57,679 bases of DNA from a bacterium (lineage in GTDB: Bacteria > UBA10199 > 2-02-FULL-44-16 > DYJF01): assembly GCA_041739675.1 (NCBI GenBank), contig JBGSNL010000053.1:1-57679 (forward strand), written 5' to 3'. Position 1 is the stretch's first letter, and each line of letters starts with the position of its first letter. The notes beneath the pieces are model-generated. The model was not told the origin of the DNA, did not search any database, and was given only the letters and a program-made list of their open reading frames with translations. A program made the translations under genes and the position numbers. Below are positions 48,895 to 57,679 of the stretch, piece after piece.

Positions 48895-48927
48895 AAAAAA
48901 GGGACAGCCCCTTGGGACTGTCCCTTT
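48895..48927. terminator. terminator between convergent genes
   Basis: AAAGGGACAG...CTGTCCCTTT stem with an A-run on the left. Confidence 0.7.
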
Positions 48928-48949
48928 CAAATCACATCATCATTTATAA

Positions 48950-49366
48950 CTAACTCGTAATCCTGCCCAGCGTATCGGCGGTCTTTGCGGGATCGCTCGT
49001 GGTGAACGCAATCGTTCCCGACGTCTCGCCCGGCGCCGAAGCGGAGTATGAAGCATAGATATTGATCTTCATCTCGGCCAATGCGCCTGTTGCCTTGCGC
49101 AAAATTCCCGGCTTGTTGGGGGCGTTCCACAAAATAGTGGTGTTCTCCTGGACATTGTATCCCGCCTTCGTCAAGAGCTCCCGCGCCTTCTTGTTGTTGC
49201 TCGTGATGAAACGGAACGCAGACTCGTTACCCCAGTCGTAGCTGCAATAGCACTCGATGTTGATGTTGTTCGTTGCGAGCGGTGCCGTCACGCGTGCGAG
49301 CGCCCCAGTCTCGTTTCTTGTGACCACCAACAACTCACTCGTCTTTTGTGTATTGGTATTTGCCAT
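48950..49366 (-). CDS. tandem ACT-domain protein
   Basis: NETGALARV...NINI and NKPGILRKA...KINI repeats; GGAGG RBS. Confidence 0.85.
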   Translation of the reverse strand: MANTNTQKTSELLVVTRNETGALARVTAPLATNNINIECYCSYDWGNESAFRFITSNNKKARELLTKAGYNVQENTTILWNAPNKPGILRKATGALAEMKINIYASYSASAPGETSGTIAFTTSDPAKTADTLGRITS

Positions 49367-49467
49367 ATACACCTCCTTGACCCCCGCTCATATGCCTTGT
49401 GAAAAATTTGGCAACAAAAAAAACAGACGGAAATTGCATCGTGCTGATTTTATTAGGATTCCTTGGA

Positions 49468-50856
49468 TCAGAAATATAAATCGCGCTTGCCGGTGCGGAT
49501 TTCATACAGACGTGCTTGCGTTTCCCTTTTCAGACGGGGGTCGGAAATTTCGCCAAGGTAACGATTGATGAGTTTGCCGCCTGCGTCTTTCGTCCTTCCG
49601 TCCGCATAATCCTCAAGATACTCGGCAAATGTGAGGAGCGCGTTCGGGCGGCAAAAGGTGTGAATGTCACCTTCTTTTGCCAAGCCCATGAATGATTCGC
49701 CAGTGCGGCCCGCGCGATAACACGCGGTGCAGAAACTGGGGATCAGCCCATCTGCCACGGCAGCCCTCACCACTTCACTCAGCGGCCGGTGGTCGTGGGT
49801 TTCGAATTGCGAGACCTGAGACCTGAGATCTGAGACCTGAGACGCGTACCCGCCCGGCGTCGTAATAGAAGCCGCGCTTGCCTGTGAGATTCCAAGCTTG
49901 AACGCCTTCGCGCGGATTTCAGGCGTTTCGCGCGTGGACAAAATCATTCCCGTGTAAGGAACGGCGATCCGCAAGATCGCAATGAGCTTTAAGAAATCGT
50001 CATCACTCACGATGTGTTTGGGTTCATAATTCACTGTCGGCGCCGGACAGAAACGCGGAACGGAAATTGTGTGCGGTCCCACCCCGAGATTTTCGTCCAT
50101 CCACTTTGCGTGTGAAACAAGGGCCATCACTTCGAAACGCCAATCGTAAAGGCCGAAGAGCACGCCGATTCCCAGATCGTCTATGCCGGCTTCAAATGCG
50201 CGCGCGTGCGCGGTCAGCTGGCGGTCGTAGTCGGCCTTCGGACCGCCTTTGTGAACCTCTTCATATGTCTTTCGGTGATAGGTCTCCTGGAACAATTGAT
50301 ACGTTCCGATCTTTGCCGCCTTGAGACGCCTGTAATCGTCCGTCGTCGTCGCAGCGATATTCACGTTCAGACGCCTGATGTTTCCGCGCTCGCTCTGAAC
50401 GGAATAGATCGTCACAATCGAATCGCAGATGTAATCGATGGAATTTTTGTCCGGATCCTCGCCGAACTCGACCAGCACACGTTTGTGGCCCATATCGACG
50501 AGACACTTCGTTTCGGATGCAATCTCTTCCTGTGTGAGTTTTCTGCGGCGGAGCTCCCTGTTGCTCTCATGGAAATTGCAGTACTCGCAGTCGTTGATGC
50601 AGTGATCGGAGACATAAAGCGGCGCAAAGAGCACCAACCTTTCGCCGTAGATCTCGTCTTTGATTTTAGCGGCCGCATCGAAGATCCTTTGAATCGAGAA
50701 AGCATCCGTGGCACTGATCAGGATTGCCGTCTCTTGAAGCGTCAGCCCTTTCTTGAGAAGCCCTTTTTCCACGACGGCCTCAAACGCTTCCTTTGAAGGC
50801 TTTAGCGCCCGGGCAAGACAATCGACGATCTTCTTTTCATCTACAATTTTTTCCAT
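49468..50856 (-). CDS. hydG: [FeFe]-hydrogenase maturase HydG (radical SAM tyrosine lyase)
   Basis: FAPLY-CINDCEYC, LFQETY, GPHTISVPR, and the C-terminal CTAC-X22-C auxiliary-cluster motif that separates HydG from ThiH. Confidence 0.93.
   Translation of the reverse strand: MEKIVDEKKIVDCLARALKPSKEAFEAVVEKGLLKKGLTLQETAILISATDAFSIQRIFDAAAKIKDEIYGERLVLFAPLYVSDHCINDCEYCNFHESNRELRRRKLTQEEIASETKCLVDMGHKRVLVEFGEDPDKNSIDYICDSIVTIYSVQSERGNIRRLNVNIAATTTDDYRRLKAAKIGTYQLFQETYHRKTYEEVHKGGPKADYDRQLTAHARAFEAGIDDLGIGVLFGLYDWRFEVMALVSHAKWMDENLGVGPHTISVPRFCPAPTVNYEPKHIVSDDDFLKLIAILRIAVPYTGMILSTRETPEIRAKAFKLGISQASAASITTPGGYASQVSDLRSQVSQFETHDHRPLSEVVRAAVADGLIPSFCTACYRAGRTGESFMGLAKEGDIHTFCRPNALLTFAEYLEDYADGRTKDAGGKLINRYLGEISDPRLKRETQARLYEIRTGKRDLYF
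49811..49845. repeat. GAGACCT heptamer array within hydG
   Basis: GAGACCT GAGACCT GAGATCT GAGACCT GAGACGC; encodes ASQVSDLRSQVS. Confidence 0.85.
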
Positions 50857-50867
50857 ATGGAAATATT

Positions 50868-52046
50868 TTATACGCTTAAATCCGTTGGAGCGCGGCCTAT
50901 CGAACGCAACAGGCTCACTACCATATCTATGTGTTCCTCAATTTTGATTTCAGTTCCGAAACGGTCAGGATATATATCATATAGTGACCGGTATTTTTCC
51001 GGCGTGACGTTGATCATCAGCGAGTTGCCACCCGCCATCAAGGCGTTTTTGGCGCCGTCAAGTCCCCACACCGTTTCAAGCGCCGTCGTTACAAGTATCT
51101 TGGCATCGGGGTTCATGATGCGCGCGTTCGCAACGGTATCCAGCACCTTCTTGAGTGACGGCGTCTTTTCCCCCGCCAACGGAGTCTCGGGATGCGGAAT
51201 GAAGGGCCCGAACGAAAACATCTCCGCGCCCAGATCGGCGGTCATCTTTATGTCCCTCATGATGTCGTCGTTTTTTTGTCCCGGCAACCCGATCAGAAAT
51301 CCGGTAACGATGAGATAGCCGATATCCTTCAAATTGCGTATCAGGTCAAGACGCCCTGTCATGCTGGACGCAGGTTTTATCTTTTTATAAATCTCTTCAT
51401 TGGACGATTCAAACCGGAGCAGGACACCCCTCGCGCCGGCGTCGTAAAGCCTCCTGTACGCATCCGCGCTTCTTTCGCCCACGGAGACGAAGATGAGAAC
51501 CGGGTGCCTTGCGCGGATCTCTCTTACGATCGCTTCCAGTTTGTCATCGGTGTAATAAGCATCTTCGCCCGACTGGAGAACGAGCGCCTGAAAGCCGTGG
51601 GAGACCGCCTCATCGACAGCGGAAAGAATTTCAGGAATTTCCATCCGGTAGCGTTTAATGTTCCTGTTGCCGCTTCTTATTCCGCAGTACGTGCAATCGC
51701 ACCGGCAGAAGTTTGAAAATTCTATGATGCCGTGGACGCAGCAGGAGTTGTCCTGGCGGGTCTGTCTTATCGCGTTGGCGCGCTCGTAGAGATTTTTCGG
51801 ATTGGAGGCCAGCTTCTTGTCCTGCTCCTTGAGCTTGAAAAAAATGTCTTCCCAGATTTTTAGAACCTCGCTCGCCTCACCTTCGGAAATTTTTCTGATC
51901 AGAAAACCGCCCTGCGCATAGACGTTGTCGCCGACGGCCACGTCTTCAAGCAAGTCGGTGTAAGCCTTGCGCTTCTCCCCGAAATAGTCAACGGTGGCGG
52001 TGCGGCCGCTTATGTCCACAATCCTGCCCGGAATTGCATAGCACAT
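50868..52046 (-). CDS. HypC-HydE fusion: N-terminal HypC/HybG/HupF chaperone domain plus HydE-like radical SAM domain
   Basis: Residues ~1-65 read MCYAIPG...ATVDYFG...VGDNVYAQGGFLIRKISEGEASEVL (HypC). The rest has IIEFSNFCRCDCTYCG, VLQSGE, GPFIPHPETPL, TTAL and NVTPEKYRSLYDIYP (HydE). Confidence 0.88.
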   Translation of the reverse strand: MCYAIPGRIVDISGRTATVDYFGEKRKAYTDLLEDVAVGDNVYAQGGFLIRKISEGEASEVLKIWEDIFFKLKEQDKKLASNPKNLYERANAIRQTRQDNSCCVHGIIEFSNFCRCDCTYCGIRSGNRNIKRYRMEIPEILSAVDEAVSHGFQALVLQSGEDAYYTDDKLEAIVREIRARHPVLIFVSVGERSADAYRRLYDAGARGVLLRFESSNEEIYKKIKPASSMTGRLDLIRNLKDIGYLIVTGFLIGLPGQKNDDIMRDIKMTADLGAEMFSFGPFIPHPETPLAGEKTPSLKKVLDTVANARIMNPDAKILVTTALETVWGLDGAKNALMAGGNSLMINVTPEKYRSLYDIYPDRFGTEIKIEEHIDMVVSLLRSIGRAPTDLSV

Positions 52047-52090
52047 AACTTTATTGCCTCGCGCTGACGAGGTATGCTAATAGCACGATA

Positions 52091-52834
52091 ATGCGATTTG
52101 TAAAAAAAATAATTTTTGCCGCATGTCTTCTAGCCCTTTCCAGTTCTGCACTTGCGGCGAACTTCCCCTCTCCCACAGGCTATGTCAATGATTTTGCAGG
52201 GGTTTTAGACCCCGCCACAAAGAATCAGTTGGAGCAGCTTCTCACTGCATTTGAGGCAAAGACAGATGAGGAGGTTGCGGTCGCAACCGTAAAATCGCTG
52301 GGCGGCCGTCCTATCGAAGACTATGCCGTGGATCTCTACAAAACATGGGGCATAGGAAAGAAGGGCAAAGATAACGGCATTCTGGTTCTTGTCGCCCCCG
52401 ACGACCGTCAGGTTAGAATCGAAGTCGGCTACGGCCTTGAAGGAGTCATAAACGATGCAATGGCCGGGCGCATCATCCGCGACAAAATGATCCCCGCATT
52501 TAAAGAAGGCAATTTCAATGCCGGCATCGCGCTGGGCACGCAAACCGTCGTCGCCATTCTCGCAAAGGATGCCGGCATAGAACTGAGCACCGGCGCTGGC
52601 GCCATGTCCGGCGAACCGTATCCGGCTCCGGGGAAAGGAAAAACGGTCCGCAAGATATTCTCCGTCCTCGTATTTCTCCTCATGGCGTATCTTTTCATCC
52701 GCCATCCGGTGCTGTTTCTCTTTCTCTTTTCGGGCATGGGCGGCGGCGGAAGATCGAGCGGCGGGTTCGGCGGCGGATTCGGAGGATTCGGCGGAGGCAT
52801 GTCCGGCGGCGGCGGCGCATCGGGAAGATGGTAA
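52091..52834 (+). CDS. TPM domain (YgcG-like) membrane protein
   Basis: VNDFAGVL, WGIGKKGKDNG, RIEVGYGLEG, Gly-rich tail ending GGGASGRW. Confidence 0.93.
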   Translation: MRFVKKIIFAACLLALSSSALAANFPSPTGYVNDFAGVLDPATKNQLEQLLTAFEAKTDEEVAVATVKSLGGRPIEDYAVDLYKTWGIGKKGKDNGILVLVAPDDRQVRIEVGYGLEGVINDAMAGRIIRDKMIPAFKEGNFNAGIALGTQTVVAILAKDAGIELSTGAGAMSGEPYPAPGKGKTVRKIFSVLVFLLMAYLFIRHPVLFLFLFSGMGGGGRSSGGFGGGFGGFGGGMSGGGGASGRW

Positions 52835-52846
52835 CAAGGAGGCTCT

Positions 52847-53551
52847 ATGACACCACATGAATTTGCTCACAAACTGGAAACTGTCTGCGAGGGCAATCTC
52901 GAATCGGTGATTCTCTACGGCTCCGCTGTCGGAACGGATTTCTCCAAAGAGTACTCCGACTACAATCTCATTGTCATCCTCAAGGACCCTTCGCCTGTGA
53001 ACCTTTCAAAGATAGGGGGCCTGGTTCACAAGTGGACGAAGTACGGAAATCCCGCGCCGCATATTTTCGATCCCAAGCACATCGAACAGTCGCGCGACGT
53101 CTTTCCGCTTGAGTTTATCGATATTGCCGACCGCCACGAGCTTCTCTTCGGAAACGATCCGTTCAAAAATATAAAAATCGATCACACTAATCTTCGCCAC
53201 CAGTGCGAGAGCGAGCTCAAGGGCAAGCTTCTCCATCTTCGCTCCCTGTACGCGGCAAACTGTCACAAGCCCAAGCGCGTGTCGGAGATCATGCTGCGCT
53301 CGTTCGCGGGATTCGTGGCGGTCTTCAGAGGTGTTGTGCATCTACTGGGAGAAACGCCCCAGAAAGATAACCGCAAGCTCATAGAACAACTCGCGACAAA
53401 AATCGAAATCAATCCCCAGATATTCATGGATATGATCCTCGTGCGCGAGGGGAAGTCCTTTCTTCCCAGAAAGGACGAGGCTATTTCAGCATTCGAGAAG
53501 TACTTGACAGAGATAGAGACGATTACTAGTTTCGTCGATCGCATGTCTTAA
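52847..53551 (+). CDS. nucleotidyltransferase-like domain protein
   Basis: ILYGSA...SDYNL polbeta-like motif, DVFPLEF; lies in the TPM-lemA operon. Confidence 0.8.
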   Translation: MTPHEFAHKLETVCEGNLESVILYGSAVGTDFSKEYSDYNLIVILKDPSPVNLSKIGGLVHKWTKYGNPAPHIFDPKHIEQSRDVFPLEFIDIADRHELLFGNDPFKNIKIDHTNLRHQCESELKGKLLHLRSLYAANCHKPKRVSEIMLRSFAGFVAVFRGVVHLLGETPQKDNRKLIEQLATKIEINPQIFMDMILVREGKSFLPRKDEAISAFEKYLTEIETITSFVDRMS

Positions 53552-53567
53552 ATACAACGGAGGCAAT

Positions 53568-54158
53568 ATGAAAAAAGTATGGTGGATAGTTGGAATTCTG
53601 GTGTTGCTCGTGCTCATCACCGGAGGAAGCTGTGTGGGCAAGTACAATCAGCTCGTCACATTGAACGAGAACGTGACAAAATCATGGGCACAGGTGGAAA
53701 ACGTTCTCCAGAGAAGGAACGATCTCATCCCCAATCTTGTTAACACGGTGAAGGGGTACGCTGCTCAGGAGCAGAAGGTGTTCATCGATGTGACCGAGGC
53801 CCGCGCGAAGGTCGGAGGCGCTGCAACGATCCCCGAGAAGGTCGAGGCCAATAACCAATTGACCGCCGCCCTCTCCCGCCTGCTTTTGGTGGTGGAAAAT
53901 TATCCGCAGCTGAAATCGAACGAAAACTTTCTGGCACTTCAGGATGAATTGGCCGGAACCGAAAATCGCATCGCCGTCGAACGCATGCGTTACAATGAAT
54001 CCGTGATGGCCTACAACACCTTCGTGAGAAGGTTCCCAAACAACATCATTGCGGGCATCTTCGGCTACAGCCGCGAGAACATCTATTTCAAGTCGACCGA
54101 GGAGGCAAAGACTGCGCCCAAGGTCGATTTCGGAATGGAACCGCAGGGGCCTAAATAG
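53568..54158 (+). CDS. lemA: LemA family protein
   Basis: QRRNDLIPNLVNTVKGY, ENYPQLK, LAGTENRI. Confidence 0.95.
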   Translation: MKKVWWIVGILVLLVLITGGSCVGKYNQLVTLNENVTKSWAQVENVLQRRNDLIPNLVNTVKGYAAQEQKVFIDVTEARAKVGGAATIPEKVEANNQLTAALSRLLLVVENYPQLKSNENFLALQDELAGTENRIAVERMRYNESVMAYNTFVRRFPNNIIAGIFGYSRENIYFKSTEEAKTAPKVDFGMEPQGPK

Positions 54159-54161
54159 ACC

Positions 54162-54248
54162 AGAGACCTGAGACTTAAGACCCGGGACCTAAAAATCTCG
54201 GGTCTTTTTTTTACTTTCCTTTGACCTTTGACCTTTCGCCTTTGGCCC
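54162..54248. repeat. heptamer repeats flanking the lemA terminator
   Basis: GAGACCT GAGACTT AAGACCC GGGACCT, hairpin AGACCCG...CGGGTCT plus T-run, then TTTGACC TTTGACC TTTCGCC TTTGGCC. Confidence 0.7.
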
Positions 54249-54287
54249 GTTTTTCTATATTTTACCTTCAATAAAGCCTGAAACCCT

Positions 54288-54358
54288 TTGACTGATAACG
54301 GAAAATTGTGTATTATAGCTGCAACAATCATAAATTGTTCATGAAAATCAAATAGTTA
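54288..54358 (+). promoter_or_regulatory. sigma70-type promoter, palindrome and IHF-like site
   Basis: TTGACT-N17-TATTAT (54288-54316); AACAAT-cataa-ATTGTT; AATCAA-atag-TTA (54346-54358) matches WATCAA-N4-TTR. Confidence 0.55.
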
Positions 54359-54372
54359 CATGGAGGGGAACC

Positions 54373-56139
54373 ATGAAAAACCGGGGGATAATCACACTTT
54401 TTTTGGGGCTCGTACTTGTGTCGTTTGCTGTTTTTTCGACCGGTTGCGGAGGAGCGGGCGGTCCGGGCGGGCAGATTATCGATCCGGCATTCATTCCGGA
54501 GATTCCCTCGCCTGATATCAGCATCGAGGGCGACACGGACGGCGACGGTATCGTCGACGCCATGGACAATTGCCCCACGGTCGCAAACCCCGATCAACTC
54601 GATATGGATTCCGACGGCACGGGCAATGCCTGTGACAACGATATCGACGGCGATGCCATCCCCAACACTTCAGATAACTGTCCATTGAGAGCCAACAACG
54701 ACCAGGCCGACAGAGACGGCGACGGCCTTGGCGACGTTTGCGACCCGACCTTCGACGATGAAGACGGCGACACGATAGGCGACGGCATAGACAACTGCCC
54801 CACCATTCCCAATCTGGACCAGGCCGATCTTGACGGCGACGGCGTCGGCGACGCATGCGATGACGATGCGGATGGTGATGGAATCATCGACACCGCTGAC
54901 AATTGCCCTGTTATAGCCAATCCGGATCAGACGGATACGGATACGGACGGCTTGGGTGACGCGTGCGATCCTGATGACGACAACGACGGAATTTTGGACG
55001 ATGCTGACAATTGCCGCCTTGTCGCCAATCCCCTGCAGCAGGATAACGACGGCGACGGAACGGGTGACGCGTGCGACACTGATGACGACAACGACGGCGT
55101 GTTGGACGGCGGCGACAACTGCCCCATCGTTGCCAATAACGACCAGTTAGATACGGACGGCGATGGAACAGGCGACGCGTGCGACACCGACGACGACAAT
55201 GACGGCGTGTTGGACGGCGTCGACAACTGCGTGCGTGTTGCAAATCCCCTGCAGGAAGACACGGACGGCGACGGGTTCGGCGATGCTTGTGATACTGACG
55301 ACGACGCCGACGGCATAGTTGATGCCATCGACAACTGCGTTCTCATTGCCAACCCCGACCAGTCCAATATTGACGGCGATCTCTTAGGCGACGCTTGCGA
55401 TCCAGACATGGACGGCGACGGCGTCGACAACGGAGTTGATAATTGTCCAGTAAATGTCAATGCCGGTCAGGAAAACAATGACGGCGACGCGCAGGGCGAC
55501 GTCTGCGATACCGACGACGACAACGACGGCGTCGAGGATGTTGGCGACAACTGCCAGTTCGATCCAAATGCGGGGCAGGAAGACAATGACGCCGACGGCA
55601 TAGGCGACGTCTGCGACCCGGACGATGACAATGACACGGTTCTGGACGGCGCCGACAACTGCCCGTGGCTTGCAAACACTGATCAGGCAAATAACGACGG
55701 CGACGCCTATGATCCGGCCAACCCCAACGCTGGCGGCGATCTCTGCGATGCCGACGATGATAACGACGGCGTACTGGATGACGCGGACGGCTCAGGCACG
55801 ATCGGCGACAACCGCTGCACCGGCTACGGCTCTGCCCTCGGCGGCAACCAGGTCGGCTGTGATGACAATTGCCAGTTCAACTTCAACACGCAGCAGATAG
55901 ACATCGACAGGGACGGACTTGGCAACGTCTGCGATCCGGATATGGACAACGACACCGTCTTGAACCCCGTTGACAATTGCCCGTTCATGGTGAACACGGA
56001 CCAGGTCAACTTCGATCTAACGACCTACGGCCCGTTCCCTGATGGCGATGAATACGGCGATATCTGCGATCCGGATGACGACAATGACACCGTCCTTGAT
56101 TTCTTAGACGAGTGCCCATATGACAGGACCTGCGATTAG
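54373..56139 (+). CDS. thrombospondin type-3 repeat (Ca-binding) lipoprotein
   Basis: FSTGC lipobox; 13 DNC-containing repeats of the type DNCPxxxNxDQxDxDGDGxGDACD. Confidence 0.92.
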   Translation: MKNRGIITLFLGLVLVSFAVFSTGCGGAGGPGGQIIDPAFIPEIPSPDISIEGDTDGDGIVDAMDNCPTVANPDQLDMDSDGTGNACDNDIDGDAIPNTSDNCPLRANNDQADRDGDGLGDVCDPTFDDEDGDTIGDGIDNCPTIPNLDQADLDGDGVGDACDDDADGDGIIDTADNCPVIANPDQTDTDTDGLGDACDPDDDNDGILDDADNCRLVANPLQQDNDGDGTGDACDTDDDNDGVLDGGDNCPIVANNDQLDTDGDGTGDACDTDDDNDGVLDGVDNCVRVANPLQEDTDGDGFGDACDTDDDADGIVDAIDNCVLIANPDQSNIDGDLLGDACDPDMDGDGVDNGVDNCPVNVNAGQENNDGDAQGDVCDTDDDNDGVEDVGDNCQFDPNAGQEDNDADGIGDVCDPDDDNDTVLDGADNCPWLANTDQANNDGDAYDPANPNAGGDLCDADDDNDGVLDDADGSGTIGDNRCTGYGSALGGNQVGCDDNCQFNFNTQQIDIDRDGLGNVCDPDMDNDTVLNPVDNCPFMVNTDQVNFDLTTYGPFPDGDEYGDICDPDDDNDTVLDFLDECPYDRTCD

Positions 56140-56162
56140 GACTTCGCAGTCCTTCGCGATGG

Positions 56163-56198
56163 CGCCGGTCCCCAAAAGGGACCGGCGCTTTTATTTTC
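56163..56198 (+). terminator. intrinsic terminator
   Basis: GCGCCGGTCCC-aaaa-GGGACCGGCGC followed by TTTTATTTT. Confidence 0.85.
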
Positions 56199-56228
56199 GG
56201 TTGAACTCAAGGGCAAAAAAGCTTATTC

Positions 56229-56288
56229 ACCACCAAGACACAAAGAAAAACAAACCAATGCTTTAGATTTTCTTGGTGCCTTGGTGGT
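56229..56288. repeat. 21-bp imperfect inverted repeat (REP-like)
   Basis: ACCACCAAGACACAAAGAAAA and TTTTCTTGGTGCCTTGGTGGT pair with two mismatches. Confidence 0.7.
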
Positions 56289-56304
56289 AAAAAAGGGGGG
56301 GATA

Positions 56305-57679
56305 ATGTATCCGATCACAATGGGAATTCTGCTTCTTCTGGGTCTCGCCGCATTCGCTTACACCGCCTACAACCGCATCGGACTTCTTCTTGCGGCTCAA
56401 GGAAAAGAAACCAGATGGGATAAGATCCCTGAGCGCATATGGGCGACCGTTGAGTACGCATTTGGGCAACTCCGACTTCTCCTGCGCGAAAGAAAATGGG
56501 GGCTGATGCACGCCTTCATCTTCTGGGGCTTTTTAGTCGTCGCGATCCGCACCATCACGCTGTTCGGCCAAGGATTTTCCGCGACATTTCATCTTCCCCT
56601 TCTAGGCGGCTGGCTTGGCAACATATACACGCTCACGAAAGATATCTTTCAGGTGCTGGTCACGGTCGGCGTCATCGTTCTCCTGTTCAGACGCCTCGTG
56701 GTCAGGCCCAAGCGCCTCACGTATTCAATTGAGGCCGATCTGATCCTTGCGGCCATCGGCATCCTCATGATCACCGACTTTCTGATGGAAGGCGCGGAGA
56801 TCGCGCGAACATGGACGCCCCTGGCCTTCTGGAGCCCCGTGGGCATGTGGGTTGCGGGCATCTTCACCGCCGCGCGCACCTCGCCCGAAGCGCTTCACAA
56901 ATGGTTCGCCGTCAACTATTTTATTCACACCGCGGGCATTTTGGTGTTCCTGAATTATCTGCCCTACGGAAAACACTTTCACATCATTACATCGATCCCC
57001 AATGTCTTTCTGAAGAAAACCCGGCCCGCAGGCGCGCTCTCGAAGATGAATCTTGAGGATGAGTCGGTCACGACCTTCGGCGTCGAAAAAGCAAACCAGT
57101 TCAGCTGGAAGCAGATGCTCGATATGTACAGCTGCACGGAGTGCGGAAGGTGCGAAGATCAGTGCCCCGCGTGGGCCACTGATAAACCTCTCTCGCCCAA
57201 GAAATACATGATTGCGCTAAGAGACCACCTCTACAAGAATGCGGGCAAGGTGAGAGGAAAAAAAGACGAGCTTCCAGCCATCGTTCCCGGTGTCGTCGAG
57301 CCCGATATTTTATGGGCATGTACGACCTGCCGCGCATGCGAAGAAGCCTGCCCGGTTATGATCGAATACGTGGATAAGATCGTGGACGAGCGGCGCAATC
57401 TCGTCCTGATGCAGGGCGCATTTGCGCCTGAAGCGCAGACCGCGCTCAAGAATATCGAAAACAACTCGAACCCGTGGGGTATCGGTTTTTCAACACGCGG
57501 GGATTGGGCAAAAGGCCTCGGTGTGAAAACTCTCGCCGAGGACAAAAACGTCGAGTACCTCTATTTCGTGGGCTGCGCAGGCTCGTTTGACGAGCGCGCG
57601 AAAAAAGTTTCAAAGGCGTTCGTTAAGCTCCTGCAGAAGGCGGGTGTGAGCTTCGGCATCCTGGGCGCCGAGGAAAAAT
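56305..57679 (+). CDS. membrane-bound Fe-S oxidoreductase (FadF/HdrD-like: NarI-like TM, 2x4Fe-4S, CCG), truncated by the window end
   Basis: MYPITMGILLLLG..., HAFIFWGF, LPYGKHFH, CTECGRCEDQCP, CTTCRACEEACP, YFVGC. There is no stop in the window, so it is absent from the ORF track. Confidence 0.9.
   Translation, partial: MYPITMGILLLLGLAAFAYTAYNRIGLLLAAQGKETRWDKIPERIWATVEYAFGQLRLLLRERKWGLMHAFIFWGFLVVAIRTITLFGQGFSATFHLPLLGGWLGNIYTLTKDIFQVLVTVGVIVLLFRRLVVRPKRLTYSIEADLILAAIGILMITDFLMEGAEIARTWTPLAFWSPVGMWVAGIFTAARTSPEALHKWFAVNYFIHTAGILVFLNYLPYGKHFHIITSIPNVFLKKTRPAGALSKMNLEDESVTTFGVEKANQFSWKQMLDMYSCTECGRCEDQCPAWATDKPLSPKKYMIALRDHLYKNAGKVRGKKDELPAIVPGVVEPDILWACTTCRACEEACPVMIEYVDKIVDERRNLVLMQGAFAPEAQTALKNIENNSNPWGIGFSTRGDWAKGLGVKTLAEDKNVEYLYFVGCAGSFDERAKKVSKAFVKLLQKAGVSFGILGAEEK

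Noticed and set aside
49468..50856. ThiH (thiamine biosynthesis) annotation
   Set aside because: It has the HydG-specific C-terminal CX2CX22C domain, a HydE-like neighbour and no adjacent thi genes.
50868..51800. BioB or PylB annotation
   Set aside because: GPFIPHPxTPL, TTAL and the C-terminal YxxYP, together with the adjacent hydG, fit HydE better. No bio or pyl genes are nearby.
54530..56130. CRISPR-like periodic repeats
   Set aside because: The ~108-bp periodicity is the coding TSP3 repeat. There are no identical repeats with unique spacers and no cas genes.
5391..57545. Numerous 60-340 aa ORFs overlapping identified genes (e.g. 11826-12848, 38670-39596, 43589-44392)
   Set aside because: They are antisense or alternate-frame shadows of well-supported genes in GC-rich coding DNA, with no motifs.

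Overview
A gene-dense bacterial chromosomal window. Gene content suggests an anaerobic deltaproteobacteria-like lineage, but that is inference. From left to right: (1) an accessory region at 1-5.2 kb with a Phd/RelE toxin-antitoxin pair, two small lipoproteins framed by a ~75-bp direct repeat, an FGE/CLec-fold gene whose 3' end looks like a DGR variable region, and three four-helix-bundle (Avd/IVP-like) paralogues, two of them a head-to-head inverted duplication; (2) housekeeping genes (mfd, PPIase/SurA, pdxA, phosphomutase, GNAT, uvrA), two degenerate ApbE-like genes and carbamate kinase; (3) two sigma54-type cassettes for secreted proteins, a 157-bp cloverleaf element, a zinc-ribbon microprotein, tRNA-Leu(CAG), PBP1A, cyclophilin and an HDAC-family gene; (4) a ~23-kb hydrogen-metabolism region with a group 3b sulfhydrogenase operon, apbE, carAB, hdrCBA-mvhDGA (group 3c) with protease and hypA, and a two-gene operon encoding a HypC-HydE fusion plus HydG; (5) TPM/NTase/lemA, a thrombospondin-type-3-repeat lipoprotein and a truncated FadF/HdrD-like gene. 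The best candidate for a new system is the HypC-HydE fusion plus HydG: [FeFe]-hydrogenase maturases joined to a [NiFe]-hydrogenase chaperone, beside two [NiFe] enzymes, with no hydF, [FeFe] hydA or hypBDEF in the window. This suggests a hybrid route to the Fe(CN)2CO cofactor. All assignments come from reading motifs by eye; no database searches were run.
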